DNA of 64,000 bases from Limnothrix sp. BL-A-16. GTDB lineage: Bacteria; Cyanobacteriota; Cyanobacteriia; CACIAM-69d. Below the pieces are notes generated by a model. That model was not told where the DNA came from, made no database searches, and saw only the letters and a list, made by a program, of their open reading frames with translations. The stretch spans positions 2,336,001 to 2,400,000 of the forward strand of contig CP166615.1 in the NCBI GenBank assembly GCA_041937175.2, given 5' to 3'. The translations under genes and the position numbers were made by a program. Numbering within the stretch: the first letter of the stretch is position 1; the number at the start of each line of letters is the position of its first letter. Shown in pieces: positions 41,484 to 51,301 of this stretch.

Positions 41484-41506
41484 TCAGGGGCCCGTGGGGC
41501 CCCTGA
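41484..41506. terminator. GC-rich hairpin after ugd (possible terminator or processing signal)
   Basis: TCAGGGGCCC-GTG-GGGCCCCTGA perfect stem; no clear U-tract. Confidence 0.45.
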
Positions 41507-41815
41507 GATATACTGGCCCACAAGCGGTTTTGGCCGTCCCCGCCTTGGGAGGCGCTCAATCGCTCCCAATCCCACTCCCGGTTTTGTCCAAAACGCCCTC
41601 AACACAAGCATGAGGGGGAGAGCAGGCGAGGTTTTTTACTGAGTTCTTGCGCCCGATGGCGCTGTTGCTGTTGCCCTTCAATTCACAGCATTACCGGTTC
41701 GCGGGGCATCTCGCAGGGCATCTTGCGGGACATGGCATCCTCGGCAAACGTCAGGGAATTGTGACCCAAGACAGCCGCGATCCCCATCCCCGGCGCGATC
41801 GCGCGGGAGGCAATT

Positions 41816-43720
41816 GTGGCTGAGATTGCCCAAACCCTCATCCTGGCCGTCTTGGTGGGCATCGGGGCCCAAATTGTGGCGGCCTGGTTGCGGCTGCCCG
41901 GCATCGTTTGCCTGCTGGTGTTTGGAATTAGCCTGGGGCGCAGCGGCCTCGGGGCGATCGACCCGCAACAGTTGGGCCCGGCCCTGGAGGCGATCGTTTC
42001 CTTGGCAGTGGCCCTCATTTTGTTTGAGGGGGGGTTGGGCCTGGAGTTGCGCGATGTGGGCAAAGTCTCCGGCAGCCTGCGCAATCTGGTGACAATCGGG
42101 ACGTTGGTTTCCTTTGCGGGCGGCGGCATGGCGGCCCATTGGTTGGCGGAGTTTCCTTGGCCGATCGCCCTGCTCTACTCCTCCCTGGTGGTGGTGACCG
42201 GGCCCACGGTCATTGGCCCCCTGCTGAAAAATATTCAAGTCGATCGGCAGGTTTCAGCCCTCCTCGAAAGCGAAGGCGTATTAATTGACCCGATCGGGGC
42301 GATCCTGGCCGTCGTTGTTCTCAACATCATCATCGACGGCGGCGGCGACCCAAGCACCATCCTAGCCAGCATGTTATGGCGCTTGGGATCCGGCAGTTTG
42401 ATTGGCGGGTTGGGTGGCTGGGCGATCGCCGCCTTCCTGCGGCGGGCCCCCTTCCTGTCCGATGACCTGCGGAATTTAACCGTTTTGGCCGGAGCCTGGG
42501 GCCTCTATAGCCTGTCGCAACAAACTGCCAGCGAATCCGGCCTGATGGCAGTGGTCATTGCAGGCATTGTTCTCCGGGCCGCCGAGCTGCCCGAAGCCCG
42601 CACCCTGCGCCGCTTCAAAGGGCAACTGACCCTGCTGGCCATCTCCGTCCTGTTCGTGCTGTTGGCGGCAGACCTCTCCCTCGCCAGCGTCTTCACCCTT
42701 GGTTGGGGCGGCTTGGCCGCCGTTGTGGTGTTGATGTTGGTGGTGCGCCCCCTGAACGTGTGGCTTTGCACCGCCGGTAGCGACTTTAATTGGCGACAAA
42801 AACTCTTTGCCGGTTGGGTGGCTCCCAAGGGAATTGTTTCCGCGTCCGTGGCCTCCCTGTTCTCCATTTTGTTGACCCAAGGGGGTATTACCGGCGGCGA
42901 GTCCATTAAAGCCTTGGTGTTTTTGACGATCGCCACCACGGTCACCGCCCAAGGCCTGACGGCGGGCTGGGTTGCCGATTGGTTGCGGTTAACCTCCACG
43001 GAACGGCGCGGCATCGCGATCGCCGGGGCCACGCCCGTGGGATTGCTGGTGGCGCGGTTGTTTGCCGATCGCGGGGAAGCGGTGGCGATCGTGGAAACGG
43101 ACCCGGAAGCCTGCAAGCAAGCCGAAAGCGCCGGATTTCGCGTGTTTTCCAGCAGTGCCCTCGACACGGCCGTTTTGGAAGCGGCCGGTTTGGAGTCTGT
43201 GGGAACGTTCCTCGCGGCCACCAGCAATGGGGAAGTGAATGCGGTTTTGGCCCAACGCGCCGCCGAAGAATTCGCCCCGCCTCGGGTCTTGGCTGCCGTT
43301 CCCACCGAAGAGAACAGCAACGGCAACGGCCAAGCCAAACGCAGCAGCAAGGTGCAACCCGCCTTTGCCACCCAACGCAGCCTCAAGGAATGGAATCAAT
43401 TGGTGAGCGATCGGGCGGTCAAACTCGGAGAAACGATCATGCGATCGACCGATTTAGACCTGCAACATGCCCACCTCACGGCCCTGATTCGCACCGGGGA
43501 ATTAATTCCATTGTTGATTGCTCGGGACGATCGGCTGATGGTGGTTTCTGCCCATGACCCATGGTTAGCGGGCGATCGGCTCATCTATTTACTCCATGAT
43601 CCCAAGCCAAAAATTCTGCAAAGTTTGGCCGGATCTCGCAAGCCCGAATTCACGATCGAGCGTCTGCCTTCTGTGGAGGAGTTACCCCTTGCCAGCGAAG
43701 CAATCCAAGAAGCCGTTTAA
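41816..43720 (+). CDS. Cation:proton antiporter (CPA1/NhaP type) with C-terminal TrkA-N/RCK domain
   Basis: ILFEGG, VTGPTVI, ESEGVLIDPIG, APKGIVSA; cytoplasmic Rossmann-like tail. Confidence 0.92.
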   Translation: MAEIAQTLILAVLVGIGAQIVAAWLRLPGIVCLLVFGISLGRSGLGAIDPQQLGPALEAIVSLAVALILFEGGLGLELRDVGKVSGSLRNLVTIGTLVSFAGGGMAAHWLAEFPWPIALLYSSLVVVTGPTVIGPLLKNIQVDRQVSALLESEGVLIDPIGAILAVVVLNIIIDGGGDPSTILASMLWRLGSGSLIGGLGGWAIAAFLRRAPFLSDDLRNLTVLAGAWGLYSLSQQTASESGLMAVVIAGIVLRAAELPEARTLRRFKGQLTLLAISVLFVLLAADLSLASVFTLGWGGLAAVVVLMLVVRPLNVWLCTAGSDFNWRQKLFAGWVAPKGIVSASVASLFSILLTQGGITGGESIKALVFLTIATTVTAQGLTAGWVADWLRLTSTERRGIAIAGATPVGLLVARLFADRGEAVAIVETDPEACKQAESAGFRVFSSSALDTAVLEAAGLESVGTFLAATSNGEVNAVLAQRAAEEFAPPRVLAAVPTEENSNGNGQAKRSSKVQPAFATQRSLKEWNQLVSDRAVKLGETIMRSTDLDLQHAHLTALIRTGELIPLLIARDDRLMVVSAHDPWLAGDRLIYLLHDPKPKILQSLAGSRKPEFTIERLPSVEELPLASEAIQEAV

Positions 43721-43834
43721 TGCGATGACCAAATGGATCGCTCTAAATCAAATTTCGACTTCCAAGGCTGCCAAACTCGCCCTTGTCCAAAAATGGCACT
43801 GAGTAAATGAACCAATGGATTAGGAGGCTCCAAG

Positions 43835-44164
43835 ATGTTAATTATGCCAGTGACGGAAACGGTTCCTTTAGCCATTGATGCTACAGATGTCATTCGCGTG
43901 GGAGGAACCCGCGTGACGTTGGATACGGTGATCTTGGCATTTCTAGAAGGCAATTTAGCTGAGGAGATTCAAGAGCAATATCCTTCGCTCCAGTTGGCTG
44001 ATATCTATTCTGTGTTGGGCTATTACTTGCGACATCGATCGGAGGTTGATAGCTATTTGCGATCGCGATCTAATTTGGCAGTAACGGTACAGCAAAGAAT
44101 TGAAGCGACTGATAACCCCGTGGGTTTACGCGATCGGCTGCTGGCACGACGCATGAGTCACTAA
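43835..44164 (+). CDS. DUF433-family antitoxin (VapB45-like)
   Basis: IRVGGTRVTLD..I..F..G..AEEI..QYPSLQLADIY..L.YY; AGGAGG RBS. Confidence 0.9.
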   Translation: MLIMPVTETVPLAIDATDVIRVGGTRVTLDTVILAFLEGNLAEEIQEQYPSLQLADIYSVLGYYLRHRSEVDSYLRSRSNLAVTVQQRIEATDNPVGLRDRLLARRMSH

Positions 44165-44178
44165 TCCACTTCTAAAGT

Positions 44179-44316
44179 ATGAAGTTTCTTGCGGACGAAA
44201 ATTTCAATAATCAGATTGTACGCGATATTTTACGGCGCAATCCAACCATAGATTATTATTACTTAATTATGCTCTCGCCTACCCTAAAAGATTACTCGAG
44301 TCTTAATTGCAAATGA
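44179..44316 (+). pseudogene. Truncated DUF5615/PIN-like toxin
   Basis: MKFLADENFNNQIVRDILRRNPTID is the typical N-terminus; similarity is lost after about 25 codons and a stop follows at codon 46. Confidence 0.8.
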
Positions 44317-44329
44317 CTTTATCTTAATT

Positions 44330-47083
44330 TCAATTTCCATAAATAGATGAAGGATTTTCATCTTTTTGGGTGGCGTTAATTTTAGCTAAAGCTTTAGTGG
44401 CTATATCGCGGACAGTCCAGTTATTTTCTTTCAAGAGAGGGGTTAAAATTTCGGCAGCTTTTGAGTTACCAGTTTCTCCCAACTGATAGGCTACTGTATA
44501 TCGAACACTAGGATTGGGATCACGACTAAGTATTTTCAGGACACTCAAAGCCAGTTCAGTGCCAGCTTCGCCAAAAACCTGGGCCACTTCGCCAAAAACC
44601 TGAGCTACCGAGCTGCGAACAATCGAGCTGGGATCCTGAATTGCCCGAAATAGTGCTTTGATTGCCTTCGGAGTTCTGATTTTTCCCAGGGCAATGACAG
44701 CTTGCTGTCGAACATAACAATCCTGATCATGAAGGGCAAGTATGAGGCGATCACTAACTCGTGGATCACCTAAGATTCCTAAGAGCGCTGTTGCTCTCCA
44801 ACAAACTTTAGGATTGGAATGATGAGCAGCCGGCCATAGACAATTGATTGCGCGCTGACCGCCGATACAAATCAAGCTAGCAGAAACACTACGATAAGTC
44901 AGGGGATCAGACTCATCCAGTAAGGCTACCAATGGCTCAATCGCATCTTCGCATTCCATAAATGCTAATACATTTGCAGCATTCTCACGAACTTTTGGAT
45001 CTGAGTCCCGAAGAGCCGACAGCAATCCTGGAAGTGCTCGTTCACTTTCAGTTGTCCATAGACCATACACTGCCCAATAACGTACATCTGCATCTGGATC
45101 TTGAAGTGCCAAAAGCAACCCATCAACTACCTGCTCACCTCCAATAATTTGTAAAGCACTAGTGACCGCGTAACGAATTTTGGCATCCTTATGACTTAGG
45201 AGAGATTCCAATTTAACAATTGTTCTCTTGCCACCTATTGCGCCTAAGGCATCAACAATATCATGAATCAAATAGTTAAACTCTATATTTTGAAGTACCA
45301 ATAGTAAGCTATTGACTACTTGATCACCTCCGATCTTACCAAGGGCACTAATAGCGTGACAGCAAACCTCGGAATTCTGATCATGAAGTGCCGCTAACAG
45401 TTCATCAATTGCTATTTCACTCCTAATCATCCCGAGAGCTTGAGCTGCCTTGCTACGCACCTTAGCTCTTGAGTCTTTAAGGGCTAACAACAAACCATAA
45501 GCAGCCGTTTTAGAGCCAATTTTTCCCAGCGCTAGTGCTGCTTGACAACAGATTAAATAGTCTGAGTGATTGAGAGCAAGTAATAAACTCCTAATGCCAG
45601 GGTTTGATCGACTCGTTTCCCAACACTGAATTTTTAGTGTAATTGGTAATTCTTTCTGATCAATCCAACCTACCATCATGGCTTGAAACTCTGGCTTAAC
45701 CTCTCCTGCCAACCGCGCCCCCAACATCAAATCGACCTCATCCATTGCCAGCCGCACCACCTGCAAAGCCTGCGTTTCGTCCTCCAGCAGCGCCAACATC
45801 AACGCCACCGGTTCTGTCCATTTCAGATAGTTCAAATAATCCCGCTTCAGTTCCTCATCGCTCAATTGCGGTAAGCAACGCAATAAATATTCCGCCGCGT
45901 AATATTCCTGAATCAGTTGGTGGCGAAACTCCAAATGCTGCTCAAAATTGGGCTGAATCACTGGCTGAATTAAGTGGTATTTCACCAAATCTTGTAGCCA
46001 GCGCACCGCACAACCACGCGGATCAGCCCAACCAACCTCTTGCAAATAGGTTGTTAAGCAATCTTCAGCCGCTTCTTGAGAAATTGATAACCGCAATTCC
46101 GTAGGCGTTTTGCCCTGCATCATTTCAAAGGCCAAATGTTGTAGCAACTTGGGCCACTGATCGCGCGAATCCGTCGGCACATCATCTTGCAATTCTCGGT
46201 CATGAAGTTGAGCAAACTCCCGAAACGCTAACCCCAAGTTGCTGGGCACTTGTCCACTTTCTGCAAATACTCGACAAAGCATCCACAACAACAGCGGAGT
46301 TTCAGCAAATTTCCGCAACCGATCGCCCTGAAGCTGCTGAAACAGGCGATCGCCCTCAGTTCCCAAATAGCCCCGCACAAACTCCCGCATTTGCGATTCC
46401 GTCAGGGGCAACATTTTCAGGGTTTTCTGAATCCCCAAAATGCCACCCACCGCCAGATCTCGCGTGGAGACAATCATTGGCGTGGTTACCCGATAGCGAT
46501 CGCGAAAATTCGCCGCCGCTGTTCTGAAGGCTTCCGGCAACTCGTTCAGCCCATCCAACAACAACAGGAACCGCCCTTGGCGCAGGCAATCCTCCACCTG
46601 GGAAATGTCCAAGGCCGCCCGATGCTGTTGCAAAAAATCGCGAATTAGGGCTTCCAAGCTGTCGTTGCAGCGCCGCAACTTCACCAACACCGGAATCCGT
46701 GCGCTCGGGTCTTGTTGCGCCCGTTCCGCTTCTTCCCACAGCAACCGTTCTAGCGAAGTGGACTTGCCCGATCCCGGCTTACCAATCAAAACCACATGAT
46801 CGGTCGCATAGTGACGCAACCCCGCCAACACGTCCCACTGTTCAACCTTTTCCCGCTGCTCGTCCTCTTGTTGGCTAGGATTGCCCGCTTCTGGCTCGGG
46901 TTTGACCGTTTCTACCCGCAACTTCAACCGCGATGGGGGCCGCCCCGCGAGCGATCGACTCGCCACTAGCCGCCGATCTTCCACCGTCGTGGGCGTGTAG
47001 CAGTCTTGCCATTCCTGATAGTCATCGCTGGTCAGGATGGCAGCTAAATAAGGCTGAAAATCAATGGGTAGTGGCGGAGTCAT
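44330..47083 (-). CDS. NACHT NTPase with C-terminal HEAT (PBS-lyase-like) repeats
   Basis: Walker A GKPGSGKST, Walker B LLLLDGLNE, TPLLL, FRHQLIQEYYAA; many L..AL.D.D..VR..A..ALG repeats. Confidence 0.92.
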   Translation of the reverse strand: MTPPLPIDFQPYLAAILTSDDYQEWQDCYTPTTVEDRRLVASRSLAGRPPSRLKLRVETVKPEPEAGNPSQQEDEQREKVEQWDVLAGLRHYATDHVVLIGKPGSGKSTSLERLLWEEAERAQQDPSARIPVLVKLRRCNDSLEALIRDFLQQHRAALDISQVEDCLRQGRFLLLLDGLNELPEAFRTAAANFRDRYRVTTPMIVSTRDLAVGGILGIQKTLKMLPLTESQMREFVRGYLGTEGDRLFQQLQGDRLRKFAETPLLLWMLCRVFAESGQVPSNLGLAFREFAQLHDRELQDDVPTDSRDQWPKLLQHLAFEMMQGKTPTELRLSISQEAAEDCLTTYLQEVGWADPRGCAVRWLQDLVKYHLIQPVIQPNFEQHLEFRHQLIQEYYAAEYLLRCLPQLSDEELKRDYLNYLKWTEPVALMLALLEDETQALQVVRLAMDEVDLMLGARLAGEVKPEFQAMMVGWIDQKELPITLKIQCWETSRSNPGIRSLLLALNHSDYLICCQAALALGKIGSKTAAYGLLLALKDSRAKVRSKAAQALGMIRSEIAIDELLAALHDQNSEVCCHAISALGKIGGDQVVNSLLLVLQNIEFNYLIHDIVDALGAIGGKRTIVKLESLLSHKDAKIRYAVTSALQIIGGEQVVDGLLLALQDPDADVRYWAVYGLWTTESERALPGLLSALRDSDPKVRENAANVLAFMECEDAIEPLVALLDESDPLTYRSVSASLICIGGQRAINCLWPAAHHSNPKVCWRATALLGILGDPRVSDRLILALHDQDCYVRQQAVIALGKIRTPKAIKALFRAIQDPSSIVRSSVAQVFGEVAQVFGEAGTELALSVLKILSRDPNPSVRYTVAYQLGETGNSKAAEILTPLLKENNWTVRDIATKALAKINATQKDENPSSIYGN

Positions 47084-47247
47084 CCGGTTACTTCAGCAAT
47101 CCCACTCACTAATCTAGCTAACACCCAGCAAAGCGCAACCGCCAACTGATCGCCCTAAAAATATTGAGCCTTGGGACAACCATGGCGGTAACCATCATCC
47201 CAAGGCAAACAGCAAGCAGCCGCTAGAATCGCTCGATCGAGCCGTGA

Positions 47248-47622
47248 CTATTCGGAATATTCGTAAGTGCCGCCATCACAGACAGAAACGCTGGATTGGA
47301 TCAAAGCTCCCCGACCCACACCATTACCGGGGCCAAGCACACCTTTGAAATCGTAGAGACAATCCTCGCGGCCATCATCGATCGTGATCTCAATGGACTC
47401 GCCCGGGTTGAGTACATCAGCTCCCAAAATGTCCGCTTCCCAGTCATTGGTAGTGGGGGGAGATGCATAGAATTCTTCGAGCACCCGACTGGTGGAATTA
47501 ATCAGAGTGAAGGTCACCGACTGATATTCAGCAGCAGCGGGTTGCGCGCCCAGGGCAGAACCCACGAGGGCCACAGCTAACCCTGCCAGGGAGGAGTGCC
47601 AAAAAAAGCGATTGTTCGCCAT
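47248..47622 (-). CDS. Small secreted hypothetical protein
   Basis: Signal peptide ending PAAA; FTLINST...EFYASP...WEADILG..VL.PGES...C.YD motif. Confidence 0.8.
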   Translation of the reverse strand: MANNRFFWHSSLAGLAVALVGSALGAQPAAAEYQSVTFTLINSTSRVLEEFYASPPTTNDWEADILGADVLNPGESIEITIDDGREDCLYDFKGVLGPGNGVGRGALIQSSVSVCDGGTYEYSE

Positions 47623-47786
47623 AGAACGTCTGAGGAAGAAGTGGATTGCAATTCAAGGGATTGCTGGGCCCCGCGATCGTGGCGGCAATCCTATCCATTG
47701 CGTCCATTAAGGTAGCCTACCGATCGGGAAGAATCACAGGGGGATCAGTGGTTTTCCAAGGCTGGGGCGATCGCCCATGAATGCTC

Positions 47787-47831
47787 ATAACCCCCATTGA
47801 CCTCCTCAATCGGCCGGTCAATGGGGGTTAT
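47787..47831. terminator. 16-bp perfect hairpin downstream of adenylate cyclase
   Basis: ATAACCCCCATTGACC...GGTCAATGGGGGTTAT. Confidence 0.6.
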
Positions 47832-47898
47832 AAACAGGTTGCGCCGGATTTCGCGAGGTTTCGCAGCGGCTTGCCGGGTTTTGGGGACGTTGCTGAAT

Positions 47899-50715
47899 TT
47901 ACTTGCTGGTCATGGTGAATGCGCCATCCCACTCGGACTCGGGGGGATTGGTCAGGTAATGCTGACAGCGTTGGAGTTGCAGTTGGGCGGCCTTTTCGTC
48001 CTTGTTAATTTCCAGCACCATCCCGAATTCGGCCATGGCTCGGGCAAACTGCCGATCGAGATAGAGCCGCCGGCCGCGGCCGTAGTGATCCAGGATATCC
48101 AGCTTGGCTTGGGGCACTTCGCGAGCCAGGGGCCCTTCCTTGATGGCGATGATTTCGTACACCGAGACGGGCTTGTTTTTGCCCTTCACTTTGATGTAGT
48201 CCAGCTCGCGGGCCCAGAGTCGATCGGGGTTGCACTTGCGATAGGTGTTTTCGCTGATCAAGATGTCGCAGCCATATTGCTTGGTGGCTCCTTCCAGACG
48301 AGACCCCAGGTTCACACCGTCCCCGATCGCGGTGAACTCCATCCGCCGACTGGAACCAATGTTGCCGCTGATCACTTCGTCGGAATGCAAGCCAATCCCG
48401 ATGCTGATTTCCTTCTTGCCCTGTTCGCGCCGCTTCAGGTTGAACTCCACCAACCGATGGCGCATATCCACCGCCGTTTGCACCGCCATCCAAGCATGGT
48501 CATCAAGGGGCAACGGTGAGCCAAACACGGCCATGATTGCGTCCCCGATGTATTTGTCGAGGGTTCCCTTGTGTTGGAACACCGCATCCACCATGGACTC
48601 GAAATATTCGTTGAGCATGGCCACCACCTCTTCGGCGGTCATGCTTTCGGTGATGGTGGTGTAGCTGCGGATGTCGGAGAACAGCACCGATACATCCTTG
48701 CGATCGCCCCCCATCTTGGTTTCGCCGCTGGCCAGGAGCTGTTCCGCCAATTCCTGGGTCATGTAGCGATACATGGTGCTCTTTAGGCGTTTTTCATCGC
48801 TGATGTCTTCCATCACGATCAAGGCCCCGCGCACCTGGGTGGGATCGGCCGCATCGGCGATCGTGTTCAGGGACAGGTTAACGCTATGTTCCTCCTGCTT
48901 GGCTTCCGGTTCCGGCTCTGGAACGATCATTGTCGGTTCGCCCCACAGGTCGTCATCGAGGCCGGGGGGTTTGGGAACGGGAGTCGGGGCCGGGGCCGGC
49001 GGTGGCGCTTCGATCAGGGTCGAAGGCATCAAGGTTTGGTCAGGATAATATTGCCGGCGGGCCTTTTCCTCACTGGCCGAGAGGGCCGCTTGCACCCACT
49101 GGTTAAACTTGTCGCCCCCTTCCCGATCGGCCTTGGCCTTCAGGCGCACCACATCCGTGACCGACAGCCCTTCCAGTTCGTCATCGGATTCCAGCCCCAG
49201 CAGCTTTTTGGCGCTATCGTTGGCGGCCAGGATTTTGCCATTTTTGTCGGTGGAAATCACCCCATCGGAGAGCGATCGCAGAATATCCTTCTGCATTTGC
49301 TCTTGCTGTTTGATTTCCGCAAACAATTTGGCATTTTGCAGCGCCACCCCCGCTTGGATGTTGAAGGCTTCCATGAATTCTTGGTCGCTGCTGTCAAAGC
49401 TGGCTTTCCAGCATTCGGGGGCAGCGGGCCAATCGACGGGATCGTAGGCGGGAAATTCGCCTTGGCGCTTTTTGTTGATGAGCTGGGTCACGCCGATCAG
49501 GTGTCGATCGGCATTGAACACCGGCATACACAACATGCTGCAAGTGCGGTAGCCGCTGCGCTGGTCGGTTTGCTTGGAGGTTTCGGAATCGGGGCGATCG
49601 TACAGGTCAAAGTCAATCCGCAGGGGCTGGCCAGACTGGGCCACTTGGGCGGCGAAGGCCGTGCTGGCCGCATCAATCCGAATTTCCGTGGGCCGACCGT
49701 TGATCGGGATTTTGGTCCAAAGCTGATTTTTATTTTCGTCGTAGAGCCAAAGGGTGCTGCGATCGGCCTGCATCAATTCCTTGGCCTGATCCATCACATT
49801 GGCCAGGGTTTCTTCCAAGTCCAAGCTGCTCTTGCTCAGGCCTTCCGTGGCCTTCATCAGCGCATTGGCCGCCCGCTGACGTTTGATGGCCGCGTAGAAC
49901 GCCCGCGACGACTCCAAAATCAGACGGATGGAAGGAGCAAACTCCCGAAACACCTGTTCATCGTGGCTGGTGAAGCCTTCGAGATCAATTTTTTCCGCCA
50001 GCCCCGTACTGGGATCTGCGCCGGGTTTGAGTTTGTTGATCAGTTGCACCACGGCCACGAGTTCTTCAAACTCGTTGAGCAGCGGCATCACCAGCATGGT
50101 GTAGGTGCGGTAATGGTTTTGCTGATCAAACTTTTTGGCGGCGGCCGATCGGGGATCGTTGTAGAAGTCGTAGGGAATGTTGATGACTTTGCGGGAGGTG
50201 GCCACTTCTCCGGCAATCCCGACGGTGGAGGGAATCCGAATTTCGGGCGCACCTTTGGCCACCTTGGACCACAGTTCACCCCGCTCCTCGTCTAACAAAT
50301 AGATGGTGGTGCGATCGGCGTTGAGCAGTTCCCCGGTTTTCAGGCTGATCGATTCGAGCATTTCCTCCAGAACCGTTTCAAACCCCCCTTGGTTGTCGTT
50401 GAGCACGTCCAACATGGAGAGGGTTTGGTTCACGACCCGGAGCTTGTCCTCCACGTCGGTGACCACCTGTTTAAAGGTGTCACGCTTCAGGGGTGCGAGG
50501 AACGCCTTGAACCCGCCTTGGCGCGAGACCACTAACCCACCGCCGCCGCTGCTGGAGGGGCGCGGATTGGCTGGGGGCCGGCTGGCCTCGTGGGTGGCAG
50601 CGGTGTTATCCGTCACAACCTCGGTAGCGCGGGAGTCCGTGGCGACGACATCCACGACGGTGGCTTCGAGAATGGTGGCTTGGGCGATCGGTTGCTTAGG
50701 CGACGAGGGGGCCAT
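47899..50715 (-). CDS. GAF-GAF-PAS class III adenylate cyclase (CyaB-like)
   Basis: Two GAFs with QLINK..F...D motifs; catalytic LFSDIRSYT, DKYIGDAIMA, EFTAIGDGVNLGSRLE. Confidence 0.95.
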   Translation of the reverse strand: MAPSSPKQPIAQATILEATVVDVVATDSRATEVVTDNTAATHEASRPPANPRPSSSGGGGLVVSRQGGFKAFLAPLKRDTFKQVVTDVEDKLRVVNQTLSMLDVLNDNQGGFETVLEEMLESISLKTGELLNADRTTIYLLDEERGELWSKVAKGAPEIRIPSTVGIAGEVATSRKVINIPYDFYNDPRSAAAKKFDQQNHYRTYTMLVMPLLNEFEELVAVVQLINKLKPGADPSTGLAEKIDLEGFTSHDEQVFREFAPSIRLILESSRAFYAAIKRQRAANALMKATEGLSKSSLDLEETLANVMDQAKELMQADRSTLWLYDENKNQLWTKIPINGRPTEIRIDAASTAFAAQVAQSGQPLRIDFDLYDRPDSETSKQTDQRSGYRTCSMLCMPVFNADRHLIGVTQLINKKRQGEFPAYDPVDWPAAPECWKASFDSSDQEFMEAFNIQAGVALQNAKLFAEIKQQEQMQKDILRSLSDGVISTDKNGKILAANDSAKKLLGLESDDELEGLSVTDVVRLKAKADREGGDKFNQWVQAALSASEEKARRQYYPDQTLMPSTLIEAPPPAPAPTPVPKPPGLDDDLWGEPTMIVPEPEPEAKQEEHSVNLSLNTIADAADPTQVRGALIVMEDISDEKRLKSTMYRYMTQELAEQLLASGETKMGGDRKDVSVLFSDIRSYTTITESMTAEEVVAMLNEYFESMVDAVFQHKGTLDKYIGDAIMAVFGSPLPLDDHAWMAVQTAVDMRHRLVEFNLKRREQGKKEISIGIGLHSDEVISGNIGSSRRMEFTAIGDGVNLGSRLEGATKQYGCDILISENTYRKCNPDRLWARELDYIKVKGKNKPVSVYEIIAIKEGPLAREVPQAKLDILDHYGRGRRLYLDRQFARAMAEFGMVLEINKDEKAAQLQLQRCQHYLTNPPESEWDGAFTMTSK

Positions 50716-51301
50716 AGATGCTCGGGAGATTATCGCTGCGGGTCAAGGTGCGATCAAAAAAGGTGCGATCAAAGCAGAATCAGCAGGGAAGTCACTTGAA
50801 TGGGATCTGTAGGCGGTTGGTCGGGATATCGAGACGAATGAACTTCGACAGACCACGAAACTTGAACAACCTGAACCATTGACGGGAAATGGCGATCGAT
50901 CGCCCTACTGGATGAGTCACCAGTGATTAACCGGTCAGCAAGTGGTTTTTAAGACCATTGCCCGAACCTAAGAATCGGCATGGATCGTGGCGTTTTTGAG
51001 TCCGCTGATCACGGGCGATCGCTTCAAGGATGAAATCCGAAGCATTGTTTTTACGCCCTAGTGTAGTCTGTTTATTCTATTTTCCTCAGGGGGCAACTTC
51101 GGTGGCTTAGGCCCGGGGCCATGAATGAAGCCATGGTGATTGGAATCCAACAGGCGATCGGGTGGGCAATCCGGCAAGGCAAATCCGGTGATCAAGGCGA
51201 TCGAGAAGGGGTGATCCAGCGCTGAACAGCCACGGTGGGGGTTAGGGGTTGATCGCTACTCTGACCATAGAGGGATTCGGAAGTCGAGACTGTCGTTGAT
51301 T

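Noticed and set aside
48886..50295. Long 469-aa plus-strand ORF (also 24348-25439, 9850-10770, 51455-52336, 36556-37452)
   Set aside because: Antisense shadows of well-supported genes in GC-rich DNA, with no recognisable motifs.
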